DNA from: Macrostomum lignano | Lineage: Eukaryota | Length of the DNA: 64,000 nt | Assembly: GCA_002269645.1 (NCBI GenBank) | Contig: NIVC01000237.1 | Coordinates: 62,001-126,000, forward strand | Direction: 5' to 3' | In this document: positions 24,076-37,325 of the stretch, one piece after another | Numbering within the stretch: position 1 is the stretch's first letter | How the letters are laid out: every line of letters begins with the position of its first letter | The notes under the pieces: generated by a model | Told to the model about the DNA's origin: nothing | What the model saw: only the letters and a program-made list of their open reading frames with translations | The model's database searches: none | Position numbers and translations under genes: made by a program

Positions 24076-25889
24076 CTCTGTTCTCTCTTCTCTTTCTCCT
24101 CTTTCTCCTCTTTCTCCTCTCTCTTCTTCCTCCTTTCTTTTCCTTTTCTCTTCCTCTCCTTTCTTTCTTCCCATAATTTTTTTAATTTTTTCATTTCCCA
24201 TTTTTGATTTTGCGACTTACCTTGGCCGGTGGCCATTTCACCTGTCTGGTTTGGACAGGTTGGACAGGTGTTGGGCATGTATGTGCACTGGTACCATGCA
24301 TCCTTGTTGTATGCATCTATAAGCTGCCAATAGACTTGTGCAACTGGCAATCCTTGTAGCCATTCAGTTTTAATGTAATACTGCTTGTTGTGCAGGTTAC
24401 ATCTCCCATAACTGCAGCATTGGCCAAGGAAGAAAATCAATGGTGAGGAGAATTGAAATGATGACAATAAGAAATGTTCAAATAGCTCAAGTGCACAATA
24501 AATGATTGCTGCTAACTGCTAGGTAGCTATGGTGACAGCTGTAGCCACTAAAGCAATGTCTGTGGTAGAAATTGATCAATTGCACCAACTTTTGGGATGC
24601 CCCTTATAATTTTTCCCATTGTTCTTTTAAAACTCATATTTGACTTATAAATGGAAAATTGAAAGTCAGTCCACATTTAAAATCACTTTGATAGCAATTT
24701 ATATAGAATAAATTCATTTAACTATTATTTAGCACTATTGGTAAATGATTGATAAGTAGTGAGGTAGGCATATTATTAACTGAAATATTAATATTTGGTA
24801 TTATTTGGTATTTGAATCAGTTCTATTAAATATTTGAATATAATCAACTTATAAATAGGCACACTAATGCATATATGCAAATAATATATATATATAATCA
24901 TGCATAGGAACATGCTCATATAGGAGTTTATAATGGACCTACTTTATTTATTGTTAGAAATATAAAATTTATTATGCCTTGGCATCATGATCATTATTTG
25001 CTGAGATTCAAATTTAGCCCCAACTTAATATGATTGCACATGGAATTAAGCATAAGCTATGGGCATTTAAGAGTGCCATAATAGACTATTGGGCTATGGC
25101 CCTTGGCTCTTTACAGTTGGAAACTTAGTCAATTCTTTAGTTACAGAACTTAAATTTTCTGGAGTCTAACCCAACTAGAAACAAAATTTATATTAATTTT
25201 AAACAAAAATTGATTTGTAATTCTAGATAAAACTCTTGATTATTGGACATACATGTAGACTTTTTATGTATTTTAATTTTGCCTTTTTGACTGTCTACTT
25301 GAAGTATATTTGAAAATTAATAAAATGCTATGGACACTACTGTCTTTGGTACTGATCATATTATGGTATAAAATAAGCTTTTGTTTTTTATTGCAAGAAA
25401 GTATAGAATTATGTCTTCTTTCATCTAGTATATTCCATTTACAGATTTAATGCTCAGAAATCTTGCTGGATTATATTGATAGATTGCTTTCATGAGGAAA
25501 TTGACTGTCTGCCCTATGAGTTTGGTTATAGTATTTGTATAGTATTAGCAGCAGTATGTTTGTTATGGCTTAGCTAGATTTTTTACTTAAAGGGTAAAGT
25601 CATGATCACTATGTTGGCCATAAAAGCTGTTAAGTAAAGAAAAAATAAAAATTCCCATTTTTCAGAATCAAGACAAACAGAAACAGCTACTGGTGTGACT
25701 GGCATTGTACTTCTTGGCATCAGGCAGAAATATTAAGGCTAAGATTTTCTGGCGTAATTCTATTTTTAACTGAAAATTTGACTGTCTAGAAAAACTCGAC
25801 TAGATCGGGCATGAGGCAGCCGATGCTGCTGGACTGCACCTAGAGTACGAGTGTTTTCGCTCGGTCGGTCGTTTAATTTCAAATAAATC

Positions 25890-28800
25890 ATGTCGACCTC
25901 GGCTGATACAGAGGAAAAGCTTACTAAACATTTGGTTTTGATTGAGATCTCTGATTCTGTTGGTGTTAACCACGAGAACAGTGTTGACGAAGAGAGCAAC
26001 GAAGCTGCAGTTCGAGCAGTTGTCGAACAGGTCTGTCAGAAGGTGTGCGATGTCTGCTGCACTGTCGGCCCCAATAGCATCAGTGATCGCATCCAAGCTG
26101 TACAGCTTGAAGCCACAGCCTCAGCGCAGTCTGACAGTATTGCTGCTATTCAGCATGACTCCGTAAAAGCAATTGACGAGTCGGCATCAAGTCAGCATTC
26201 TTGCGAATCAATACCGTCTCCAGTTGCTCAGAGCACGTCTCAGGAGCGGTTCTCGCCTGGTGCCAATGAAGAAAAAACTTCTCCACCTGTAACTAATGCA
26301 GAATCTGACTTAGATGCGGATACAAAAGCTGATGTAGAGGAGAACCTGGTGCAGCAAAAACAATCTTCTACTGAAGTAGCTTTGAGTACCAACGCTGAGC
26401 AATTGTCTCCTGTTAAAATGAAAGAAGAATCTAGAGAGTCTCTCAATAGTAGAGAAGAAGAAGAAGCGGGCAAGCAAACGCCTCTACAGGTCGTTGAAGC
26501 AGCAGACGAAGTGCTGCATCAATCTGAGCTAGACAATCAGAGTGCAGCGCAGCAATGCGCCACATCAGCAGAGAACTTGCAGCCAATTGATCGATCGTCA
26601 AGATTAATCAATGATGAATTAGAACCAGTGAAAGAAACAATCGACAGGAGCATGGATCAAGACTCGAGACCGATCTGTTCGCCCGACGATGCTTGTAAAG
26701 AATCTTTAGAAGCCGAAAAGCCGCTTGAGGACCAACATATTTATCAGTCATCTGATAAGACGCTCTCCGAAAACTCTAGTCAGACAGTTGCAAATCAGTC
26801 AATACAAGACGCGAATGCGTCTAGTTGTTCAAATTCTGCTAACAGTGAGCAAATTGAAGTTACAGAACAGCAAGCATTACAGACAGAGGCCCTCATTGAA
26901 GAAACCAACTCACAAGTATTGGAAGCGTCGCCACCAGAAGATCAAGGCTTAGAAGTCGCTGCTGCAACTTCACATCAACACAATGAGCAGGAACAAGAGG
27001 GGAAGTTGTCGTCTCAGAATATCCCTTTTGCAGAATTACTTCGAGAACAATATCAATCTTCGGGTAGTAACTCGCCAACTGTTGAACTTCAACATGCTGA
27101 TGTAGCACAAGTGGACGATGCATCGCAAAATCAACAGCAGTCTGATCTAGCAGAGCCCAGTGCTGAGCTTGCAGATCATTCTGAGATGGCGCTCGATTCA
27201 AATCAAGGTTCAGTTTCGTCGGAAAGTGAAGCAGAATCTCAGAAAGCAGTGCTGACTGTAGATAATTCCTCAGCAGACGAACCAGAACTAATACCATCTG
27301 AAGCTGCAGTGGTGAATGTTTCATCGCTAGATCATTCTGCAGACAATAGCGACATCGGAGCCGCATGTGGTGCGGAAGTGGAAGCAACGACTGCTTCTGA
27401 AAGCGATCCCAGCAACACATTAAGATCTGATGTTGAATACATGGAGCCAGAGACAGTTTCGTATGATGCCCTGCACATTGAATCTGATGGCATACTAAAT
27501 GAGGTTTCCCAGTTGCTGTCGGATATGTGCTCCAAAGTATCATCACTGCAGCAGGGGTCGAAGGAAACTGCAAGCGATAGTGAAGATGATGACGATCTTA
27601 TGTCAGAGTTGCACGGCGGTAGAAAGTCTGGTGGCGGTACTTGCGCTGAAGGTGAAGTTGACGACTACATGTCGGAATTGTGCGGTGACGGTCCATTGAC
27701 TAAAGTTGCAGCAGCAGCCGCTGATGATGCAGAAGCTGACCTAATGACTGAGCTGTCGGGCAGCGGAGCTCAATTGTCAGCCGTTGTTGCAATGGGCGAT
27801 GAGAGCGGCGACGAGGCTGACACAGACTCTAAACTAATTCTGTGTACTGCTACAACCGCCGCGGGTGCTGTCGGATCCAGTGATGTTGAAGTGACGGCTG
27901 AGTCTAGTGCCGAACCTATTGCCACCGCTTCGGTCATAGTTGATTTGCCATCGACCTCAACATCAGCTATTGCACAAACAGAGTCAGTTGCTTCCGCCAC
28001 AGCCGATGCATTGGCTAGCATAAAAGCAATGGCAGTGATGGCTTCAGCTGGTTCAGGATCTTCCGCGGACGAATTGGCCGCTCTTAAGCGACGCCTTGAA
28101 CAATTGGAAGCTGAAAACAGGATGCTGAAAGAGAGCATACAGCCGGCAACAGCTGAACCAGCTCAGGCTGTTGTTGCTACTGTTGTCACCTCAACTGCCA
28201 GTGCTGTAGTGAGTGGCACGGCTGCCAGCGGAAGCTCCGGCACGCAGCAGCATCAACAGGCTGATTCTAGCGGCAGTCCGCAGAGTTTCTCTTCGTACGA
28301 TTCAAGCTCACAGAATTATATTCCTGCCGGCGGCTTTCTTAAGAGTCTTAGTGAGATTGAGGAGTCTGGCGGCGCCGTCAGTGGTGGATGCACCGAGACA
28401 CCGTCGACTTCCGCCTCGTCTGCGTCTCAGCAACAGCAGGCGGCGCCGCAGTCTCTTGAAAGCGGCATGGCAACAATCGTTACAGCAGCCGCTTCTGTGC
28501 CGGCTTCCACCGTGGCTACTGCTGCCATTCAGGCGCCCGTTTGCTCGCTAAATACAGGCGTCTCCGCTGCGGCCGGTCACATTCCAGCTACTATCACGCC
28601 AAGCGGTCAGATACAGTTTTTACTGCCGCCCGGCGTGTTGCCCTCCAATTTCGCCGGTCTGGCAGCTGTTCCTCAGTCTGCGTCGTCGGTAGAGCCTGCG
28701 TCAGTGACCGCCGCGTCTACCAGGGCAACAACCACAACTACATCGTCCGCTGCCAGGCCGACACCCGTTAAGCCTGCCGCACCGGCGCCTTCCAAATCGG

Positions 28801-31800
28801 TGCAGTCGACTTCAGCCGCCGGAGCGTCGTCGACTTCGACTCCCGCTAACAGGCGCGTGCGCACGATCGCTCCGAAGCCTATCGCTATGCGCCCCATCTT
28901 GCCGTCGCCCAGGACCGACATGAGTGCCAAGCTGCAGCCGATACAGCTGCCCGGCAGCAAAATCGCTTCATCATCTGCGGTATCCGCCACCGCCACTTTG
29001 TCTGGCGCATCAAAGAAGTCCAAAGTGTCCACGTCGGGCAAGAAGCCTATGCAGACAGTGCCGGCCTCTTCAACAGTGCCAACGTCGGCGTTGCACGGGT
29101 CAGTTTCGACTCCGATGCCCGTGGCAATGCAGCTGCCATCTGGCGCCATCGCCGCTGTGAGCCAGTCCAAGTCGTTGCCGCTAGTTGTTGGCGCTCCAAT
29201 TGGCGTTTGCGGCTCGATGGCGCCGCTTCTAGCCGGGACCGGCATCCCCATGCCTGTCAATCATTCGTCCGCCGCGGCGGTGTGGGCTGCTGCCCCGCCT
29301 GGCGCCACATTTGCCACTACCTGGGCTCCGACAGCGCCTACAGCCGTAGTGTTCTCGTCTGGCCATCCGCTTAGCGCTGGCAGTTTAGAAGGCACCGCCC
29401 TACCGAGCCACGACTTGCTAGCCATCGCTTGCCAGGAGGCCGGCCTGTCGCTCGATTTGGACCTGGGCAGTACAGTGATGATCTCTACTAGCCAGGACTC
29501 GGCCACGTCCTCGGCGCCAATCATTGAAGGCGTCGGCTGCGACCAACAGTCGGAAGCGGTGGCCGATCTTAGCGGCCTGGTTGTTGATTCGCAGAACGAG
29601 TCATCTTTCCTGCACGAGCTTGGTCTTATACAGCCGCCGTCGCAGGATGAGGGTACTGCTCAACAAAATACCGATGCCGCTGTGCCGCTCTCTTCCGAGT
29701 CAATTGTTCAGTGCCCTCCTCAGCAAGAGCAGAAACAAGAGCAAGCCCAAAATCAGACTGTGCAACAGCAGCAGCAGCAGGAGTGCTGGAATACAACAAC
29801 ATTCGATGAGTTTAACGCTGCCCTGAATGATTTCAACAGCGACTCGGTCACGGCTTCGTCGGATCCGCCTTCGAGTTCGAAATCGTTGAATTCAAATCGG
29901 GCTAGTGCACCGACCGCAGCAACGAAGCCTACTGAAACCGTTGTTACCAATAGTAGTGGGAGAGAATCTTCCAAATCTGCTCCGTTGTCTGTTTCCACTG
30001 AATCTGTTACGCAATTAGCCTCCAGTTTGACTAACAAAAAGTCGCACGCCAAGTCAAAGGTGACTTCGCCGTTGCCAGCTCCAGCCCCGGCTTTGTCCAG
30101 TACTTCCAAAGCTACTGAATCCGCGCCGGCCAACTCGCAGGCTGGCAAGCAGCCGGCGGCTCAATCGACAAAAAATACGCCAAAGAAGAAGGCGCCGCCT
30201 GCGTCAACAACGGCAAATAAAAGATCAACCCCAAACAAAGAGCGAGAAGCGAAATCTGGCGCTCGAAAGCTGCAGGCAGATCCCAGCGGCGACGATTTAG
30301 AGCTGTTTAAAGAGATCATCCCGCCGAAGAAGGTGATCCACAGCCTGTCGGAGAATGACGAAATCGAGGAAGCCGTCAAAGGCATTGTTGGCCCTTCTAG
30401 CTTAGAGGACACGATAACGGGTGTGCTGAAAGCTGGCGATGCCTCCAACCAGGAGCGGGCGGTGGTTAAAGATTCTGGCGCCAAGACCTCTGCTACTGGA
30501 CCAACTTCTCCCCAGCAGCCAGCTTCTGCCTTGCCGCCTTCATCTTCATCGAATGCGCAGTGCCAGCTGGCTGACTTGTCGGCAGTTGGGGACTCCTGTC
30601 CGGTGGTGAGTATTCCAGAGAGCGCAGCTGTGCCGTTCGGTGATCCGGTTTGCCTGGCCACAGCAGAGCGGCCCGCTGCAAGCCAGGAGCAAACCGAGCG
30701 ATCCGGCAGCGCTAAGAAAAAGCATCATCAGGACAGCAGCAGTAAGAAGCCGCCATCGGTAACTGATCAGAAGTCTTCTCAAGCGGCTTCGAGTTCGAAT
30801 AAGCGAAAATCTGTCGAATCTTCGTCGGGCTCTACGAAGTCAAACAAGTTGGCGCCGGAGGAAAAGTCGCCGCAGCGCAAGGCTTCGTCAGCGGCCGCCT
30901 CTTCGCCAACAAAAGAAGATTCCAAAGGCAAAGCGGCGTTGAATGAAGGTTCCAAGGCGTCAAAGGCGTTAACTAGCCCTAAAAATACTGTAAAGGACAC
31001 GAAATCGAAAGAGAGTCAGAGCCCAAGCAGATTTGAGCAGCAGCAGCAGCAGCAACAGAAGTCTTCAAGTCGCAGCGCCATTCATCGTCACAAACAGCTG
31101 GCCGAAGAAAAGACTGAAGCGCCTGCTTCTTCTTCTTCAAGTCGAAGGGATTCTAGCGAACGGAAGCAGCAGAAACACTCGAAAGATGTTAGGAAGAGTT
31201 CCGAACAGACACACGAGAAGCTGCCGAAAGCTTCAAGTAAAAGCGAAGCGACTGTAGAAGAATCCTCAGAGATCACGGCTTCTTCCTCCAAGTCCAAATC
31301 TTTGACGAATTCTTCTTTGTCAAAGAAACGCGAGGACAAGAAATCAAAATCGAATGCCAGCAGCGGCAGCAGCAGCAAGCAAGCCGCCCCGGCCAAGCCT
31401 GCCAAATCTGTTCCGCCGAGCAGCGAGCCAGTCAGGCGCAGTGAAAGATCTCGATCGACTAGCAAACTTAAATGTGACGACTCCAAGGAGACTCTCGCTA
31501 CTGAGTCTCGTCGGACTCTGTCCGTTTCTACGTCCGAGTCGGCCTCAGTTGTCGGGCACAGCAGCAGTTGCAGCAGCAAAGCTGTCCGGGCGTCGCGCCG
31601 AATCGCCGCCAAGAACGTCAAGCGCCAGTCGTCGCGCTCAGCGGCCGACTCGGGCAGGCTGTCCGATGTTGAAAGCTTTAGCTCCTCCTCTTCATCTTCC
31701 GACTCTGACACTGAGGAAATCGACAAGCCGGCGGGCAAGTCAAAAACAATCGCTAAAAAATCATCGGAACCAGCCGCAGCGTCGCCGGCCGTGTCGCCGA

Positions 31801-33271
31801 CAAAAACAGCGGCGGGTGGCAGCAGCAGCAGCAGGCTGTCCCGGCAGGATAGTGACCAGCTGCTCTATGAGCACCACCCGATGCACGGCGAACCGGTCAC
31901 CAGCCGCGAGAAGCGACTGTCGGCTAGGCGCGCCCGTCAGTCCGAGCTCGAACTGCACGAAGCTGTTGAGGCGTCTAAAGTCACTGCCGGCTTTGCGTCT
32001 GCTTCTTCTAGTAGCAAGAGCAAGACAGCTGGTAGCAAGGCGGCAAATTCATCGGAAGCGGATAAGCCCGATAGTAAAAGCGACAGTAAAGATAGTGAAG
32101 TTAAAGAGCCGAGCGAGGCCGCCCCATCTCGCAGTCAGGAGCCGGCGCCGCTGCCAGAGCTGAAACCCGGAGAGGAAATCGCTGCGGCGCTTGAAGACGA
32201 CAGCAGCGTAGCCGAAGGCTTCGGCCTGTTGGAAGCTTCCGGCAGCGGCCTGCGCGGAATCGGTGACGCGGCGCATTTCCTATGGAACCGGGCCGTCCTG
32301 GGCGGCACCGGCGGCGTCAGCGGTAGCGGCGACGATCCTCTCGCGTCGAATTCGCAGCATCGCCGACAGAGGCCGTTGATCGAAGAGCGCAGCCCCAGTC
32401 CGCCCCCGCAGCCGTCGCTGGCGCTGGAGATCATCGCACGCGGCGGCATTGTTAGGCCGAAACCGGCCGCACAGTCGCAGCAGGAGCCGCAGCTGCCGTC
32501 GCCGCTGCTGCTGTCCTCGCCACTGTCCACTCGAGCTCAGCAGGCTCCGCCGCCGGAGCCGACACCGCCGCAGCCGCCGCCACCGCCTCCGGCCCCGCCG
32601 AAGCCGGCGTTCGTCCCGATGAACCTGTCCAAGCTAGAAAAGCGAGATGCTGGACGGTCGAAGGATTCGACGCCGGCCAATGCCGGGTCGACAACACCGA
32701 GCTCGTTGTCGGGGGGTTCAGCCGGGCCGGCCAGCAGCGGCGGCAGTCCAATCAAGCGGAAATTTTTCTCCTCCGACCGCGAAGATCGCCGTAGGTTTCT
32801 ATTCAAACAAAATTTCGGCAGCGTCGGCGCCAAAACCAGCAGCGGAGCTGGCGGCGGCGGCAGCAGCGCCGGCGGCTCCGGGTCGGGCGGCGGCAACAGC
32901 CGGGGCCAGTTCGACTTCGAGCCGGACGCTGGCGGCAAGCGGGCCAGGCGGAATCAGTCGGAGGCGGCAGCCACAGCGGCGGCAGCGGCGGCCCTGCTGG
33001 ATCTGTCGGCGCAGAAGTTTGTCCCGCCACTGTCGGTGTCGGTCGCCTCCGCTTCTCAAGCGCTGTCGGACGCGCCGCCAACAGCAGACGACGCCGCGGC
33101 CGCCAAAGTGCCGAAAGTTCCAAAGATATCGATTAAACCGGTGAAGCCTGATGCCGTGCCGGCTGCTGAACTGCGCCAGCCACAAGAGGCTGTCCGAGCT
33201 GCTTCATCTGATCCACAGATTCCCATCAAGCTCAAACTCAAGCTTAGTAATCAGTTGCAGCAGCAGCAGCT

Positions 33272-33306
<35 letters not shown>

Positions 33307-35114
33307 CGGCTGGCGATGACGGCAAGCAGCTGGGCAGGGTCGAGCAGGCGCAACAGCGGCCCCAGCCGAAACTCCTGGAGTGCGGCAGCCCCCGGCCCAT
33401 GGGCTACGAAGAGGACTATGCTCAGATTTTAAAGCAGAAAAACAAAAAACGCGAGAAACGTCAGCACCACAAAGACAAGCAGCAGCGCAAGAAAGACCGT
33501 AGAGATAAGAAGAAAAAGGCAAAGTCGGAGCAGCAGCAGGTCGAAGGTCAAGCTGTCGATGCCGCCGGAGCCAAAAAGCAGGCCGAGCTGCCCGGTCGGG
33601 TGCACCCGTTCCTTGCCGAGCCGTCTGCCGAACTCGACCAGGCGCCCGAGGAGGCCAGCGCTGTTAGCCAGGAGCCCCTCGATGCCTCCGGTGTCGCCGA
33701 GAACTCGGCCGAGACGCTGCACCGGGTGGCGGCATCGAGAAGCGCCGATACCGTACCCATCACCAGCCAGGAGGTTGACGCGGTGCTCGACCGAGCGGCC
33801 GATTCCAAATCCGCCACCCCCGCAGCCGCCGCCCCGACCAGCAGCGCCAGCATGATTCTGCCGAAGAAGCGCAAGATTTACCAGCCAGGAGGCGCCGATG
33901 TCTCCGCCGACGAATTCGCCGCCTCGACTGCCTTCGATCAGCAGCAGCTGCAGCAAATTGGCGCAAGTAGCAAGCGGCGACATCTAAACGAGTCCAGCTC
34001 CGAGGCTAACCCGGCGCCGCTGCCGTCTGAGCAGCTGCCTCCGCCGCCGCCTCCGCCGTTGCCACCTCTGCCATCCGCGCACGGGTCGCAATCTCAGCAG
34101 CAGCAGCAAAAGAAGAAAAAAGACGATTATCGGCATCACCAGTCTAGTAGCAGCGTTTATCAGCAGCAGCAGCCGCTTCTTCAGCAGCAGCAGCTGCATC
34201 ATCATCACCATCAGCACCATCCGGCCACTCCCGGCTCCACTGGCGGTGGGGGCGGCGGCAGTCTGAACTCGCCTTGGGGCGGCAGCAGCGGCTACGGCGG
34301 CGGCAACCAAGCGGACCCGAGCCCCTACGGCGCCGCCGGCCTCCACATGCCGGCCGTGGTTGAATCGTCGCCGCCGAAATCTTCGGCAAGTGCGGCGCCA
34401 CTTCCGCCTCCGCCGCCGCCTCCGCAGCCGTCGGCCGCCGCGGTCCCCGCCCCGTTCAATCCGTACGAGGCGGCCGCCGCCGCCGCGGCCAACACGGCAG
34501 CCTATGGCAACCAGTTCCTGTCGCAGTACGATCCCTACGGCCTGAACTTTGTCTACCAGCGAGCGCAGCAGTACTCCTCCGATTACTTCGGCTGGCAGGC
34601 CAATCATCATGCCGCTGTGGCCGCCTACGGTCACCATTTCCCGCCGGTGTTTCCGCCTGCCGCGGCCGCCGCGGCTGCTACTGGGGACGCCTACCACGCC
34701 CAGCATCACCAGCATCATCAGTCTGTGGTCTCGTCCGCCTCGGCTGCCGCAGTGGCCGCCGCCGCCGCCGCCTCCAGCGTGTCCGCTATCGGCGACAGTC
34801 AGAGCGGCAGCAGCGGCAAGCGGCACCATCATCATCAGCACGGCCAGCAGCAGCAGCACCATCATCAGCATCAGCAGCAGCAGGCGCACTCGCAGCATCT
34901 TCACCATCATCAGCAGCTGCATCAGCAGGCAGCTCCTCAGCATCATCACGCTGCGGCTGCGGCGGCGGCTGCGGCCGCTACAAATCCGTACAGGCCGCAG
35001 GATTTCTACTCGCAGACCAGTCAGCTGTTCTCCAATTTCTATCCGCCTGCTTTTGATCCCAGGCGGGCAGCTGGGCATCATCTGAACCCGTTCGGCGGCA
35101 ATCCCTTCCCCTGA
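25890..35114 (+). CDS. Giant intronless 3074-aa low-complexity, probably nuclear protein; family not recognised
   Basis: 9225-nt uninterrupted ORF with an in-frame TAA just upstream of the ATG and G/C-ending codons in the 3' two-thirds. It contains a short coiled coil (ELAALKRRLEQLEAENRMLKE), PKKRK, a Lys-rich tract and poly-Q/H/A/P runs. Confidence 0.9.
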
Positions 35115-37189
35115 TGATGCTGGCCCAGCCTCTCCGCCTATCACTGGCCAGCCGAGCAACTCTATGCATATCTCTGAGCTGTTGTGTATACTCTGTACAG
35201 CACAGGTGCGTTTTATTTATTTATTTCATCTTTATCTAGCTTTAGGCACCGTCTGCTTGTTTCTGCTTGTGTATCTTGCTTACATTTTAGTCTCTATATT
35301 ATATATACATTTGTTTACTCTGCGGTGCGAGCGTGTTTCTTTACTAGCTAACAGATTCAGCCATTCGTTTGAAGTTGACTCTTCAAAGATTTATATTCAA
35401 TATTAATAATAATACTATTATTATAGTAGTAGTAGATCTATGTTTTTATTGAACGCAATGCCGCACAGCCGCTGCGCAGGCAATGGAGACTCTTACAGCA
35501 AATGCAGCTATTTTGTACATAACCCCTCCGCGTTCTGCGTATTATTAGCATACATGCAGAGAGTTGAGTTCATCGCATCATTTGCTGCAATATTTTATAT
35601 TACACGGTTTCACAGTAGTATGTTTAATCGTTTTTATTTGCTTATTCGTTACAAATTGATTTTGCGTCTTTTAAATTATTGTTAACAACAGGACAGTCGA
35701 TTTTGTAAATCAAGTCAAGATTTAACGAGGAACTTTCGTATTCTGGCTGTGCAAATAGTCTTGGCCATAGACAAAATTCTACCCGTTGGGGAAGTCAAAT
35801 TAAGAATTAACTTTAAGCTGCCGCATGGTCAGCAGAGCCGACCATGGACCAAAAACCTTTACTGCTGGTATTTTTGTGGAGTGTATGGTAAAAGAAAAGT
35901 TATGAGCTGCACAGTAGCCGTTCCTGCCGAGCATGATCAGCAGCGCTGATCATACGAAAAATGGGTGAAAAAAGTCCTACTTATCTGCAATGGAATGCAG
36001 CGAGTCGGTTTTAGCATTCTCTGTGATGACGTCATCAATCTCAGAATCCGATGTATGCAAAATTTCCATGGTTGTAGCTAATTTACTTTTCAATAAAATG
36101 ATGCACTACTCGTATTAAAGAGGTGCAGTGCTTTCTCTTTCAAAAAGGCCTGTTTGCAGATTTTAAAGTGAACTGCAGTGTCTATTGCTAGACATCGAGT
36201 GTACACACTGCATAATCTATTCAGAGAGCATTAAGTGAAATGCACTTTGAAACTGCTTTTTTCGACCCTAGATTTGTCCAAGCCGAGTATAAAATGCTCC
36301 CTTCTCGGCTAGAAGGGCTTTGCACAGGGGCGCATTAAGATTCTGGCTATAGTCTATGGCCAGCCCAGCTGACCATGTCGGCAGGAACGGAGCTTTTGTA
36401 TTTCTAGCTCCGGCGCGAAAAGGTTTTAAGGAAATCTACTTTAGGGAGCATCGACAGATCAAGCATTAAACAGAATATGGGAGTATATGTTTGGAACATT
36501 AACTTGGTGGAATTCAATCAAGGGGTTCGTTTGCGAATGACTCGGTTCTCGTGTTGACAGATTGTACGGGGAGCAGGTGTAGAGTTTTGTTTGACTGAAG
36601 TCTGGTGCAACTGTCCTACTGTTAATTACGTAGAACGCATTCAGGCACTTAATTTCTGCATCGTTGTTCTTTGTTTGTCATGCGTGTGTTATTTTTATTA
36701 AATTGTGTTTATTGATTCTCCAGTTGCTTAGTGCTTGCTTTAAACAAAATTATTTTATATATAATTTTTTTTCTATTTGTGAATTGCAAATTTGTGGGTG
36801 CAAGTTCTGTAACCCGGACAGGTAGACACTGGCGCGATTGTTTCAAACTTGTGATATTTTCAAAAACGAATTACGTACTTTGATATATTAGAGAGAAGTT
36901 TTTCTGTTGTCCAAGTAGTTACTGCAGATTTACTGTTATATCATAATTTATATCCCTCAACCTTCTTTTGTTCACTATTTTTGTTACTTTAGTTTTTTCT
37001 CAGCGGCAGAACAGGGGCAAACTCCCAAATGTCAAACCATGACATTTGGGATGCTCGCTGAATAACCATAGACTTATCAAGCCTTCAGGTATATAATCAT
37101 AACTTTTTATTTATTAAGTTTTCATCTTTTTAATTAGTTATGTCAAGACAAATCAAAGCTTAAACGAAAATTTAACTATACTTAAGGTC

Positions 37190-37325
37190 TGTAGTCTAGT
37201 CTATGGGTATATTGTCTATGGTTTATGGTCTAGTCTGTAGTCTATGATTAGTATTATATAGTCTATGGTCTTTAGTCTGGCTTATGGTCTATAGTATGTG
37301 GTCTTCGGTCTATAGTCTATGGTCC
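37190..37325. repeat. Degenerate short tandem repeat (CTATGGT/CTATAGT)
   Basis: Read directly from the sequence. Confidence 0.7.

Noticed and set aside
18396-24467. Leu/Ser-rich and Arg/Glu-rich ORFs
   Set aside because: Artefacts of low-complexity tracts.
26000-35169. Many antisense and alternative-frame ORFs over the 3074-aa gene
   Set aside because: Shadow ORFs of GC-rich coding sequence.
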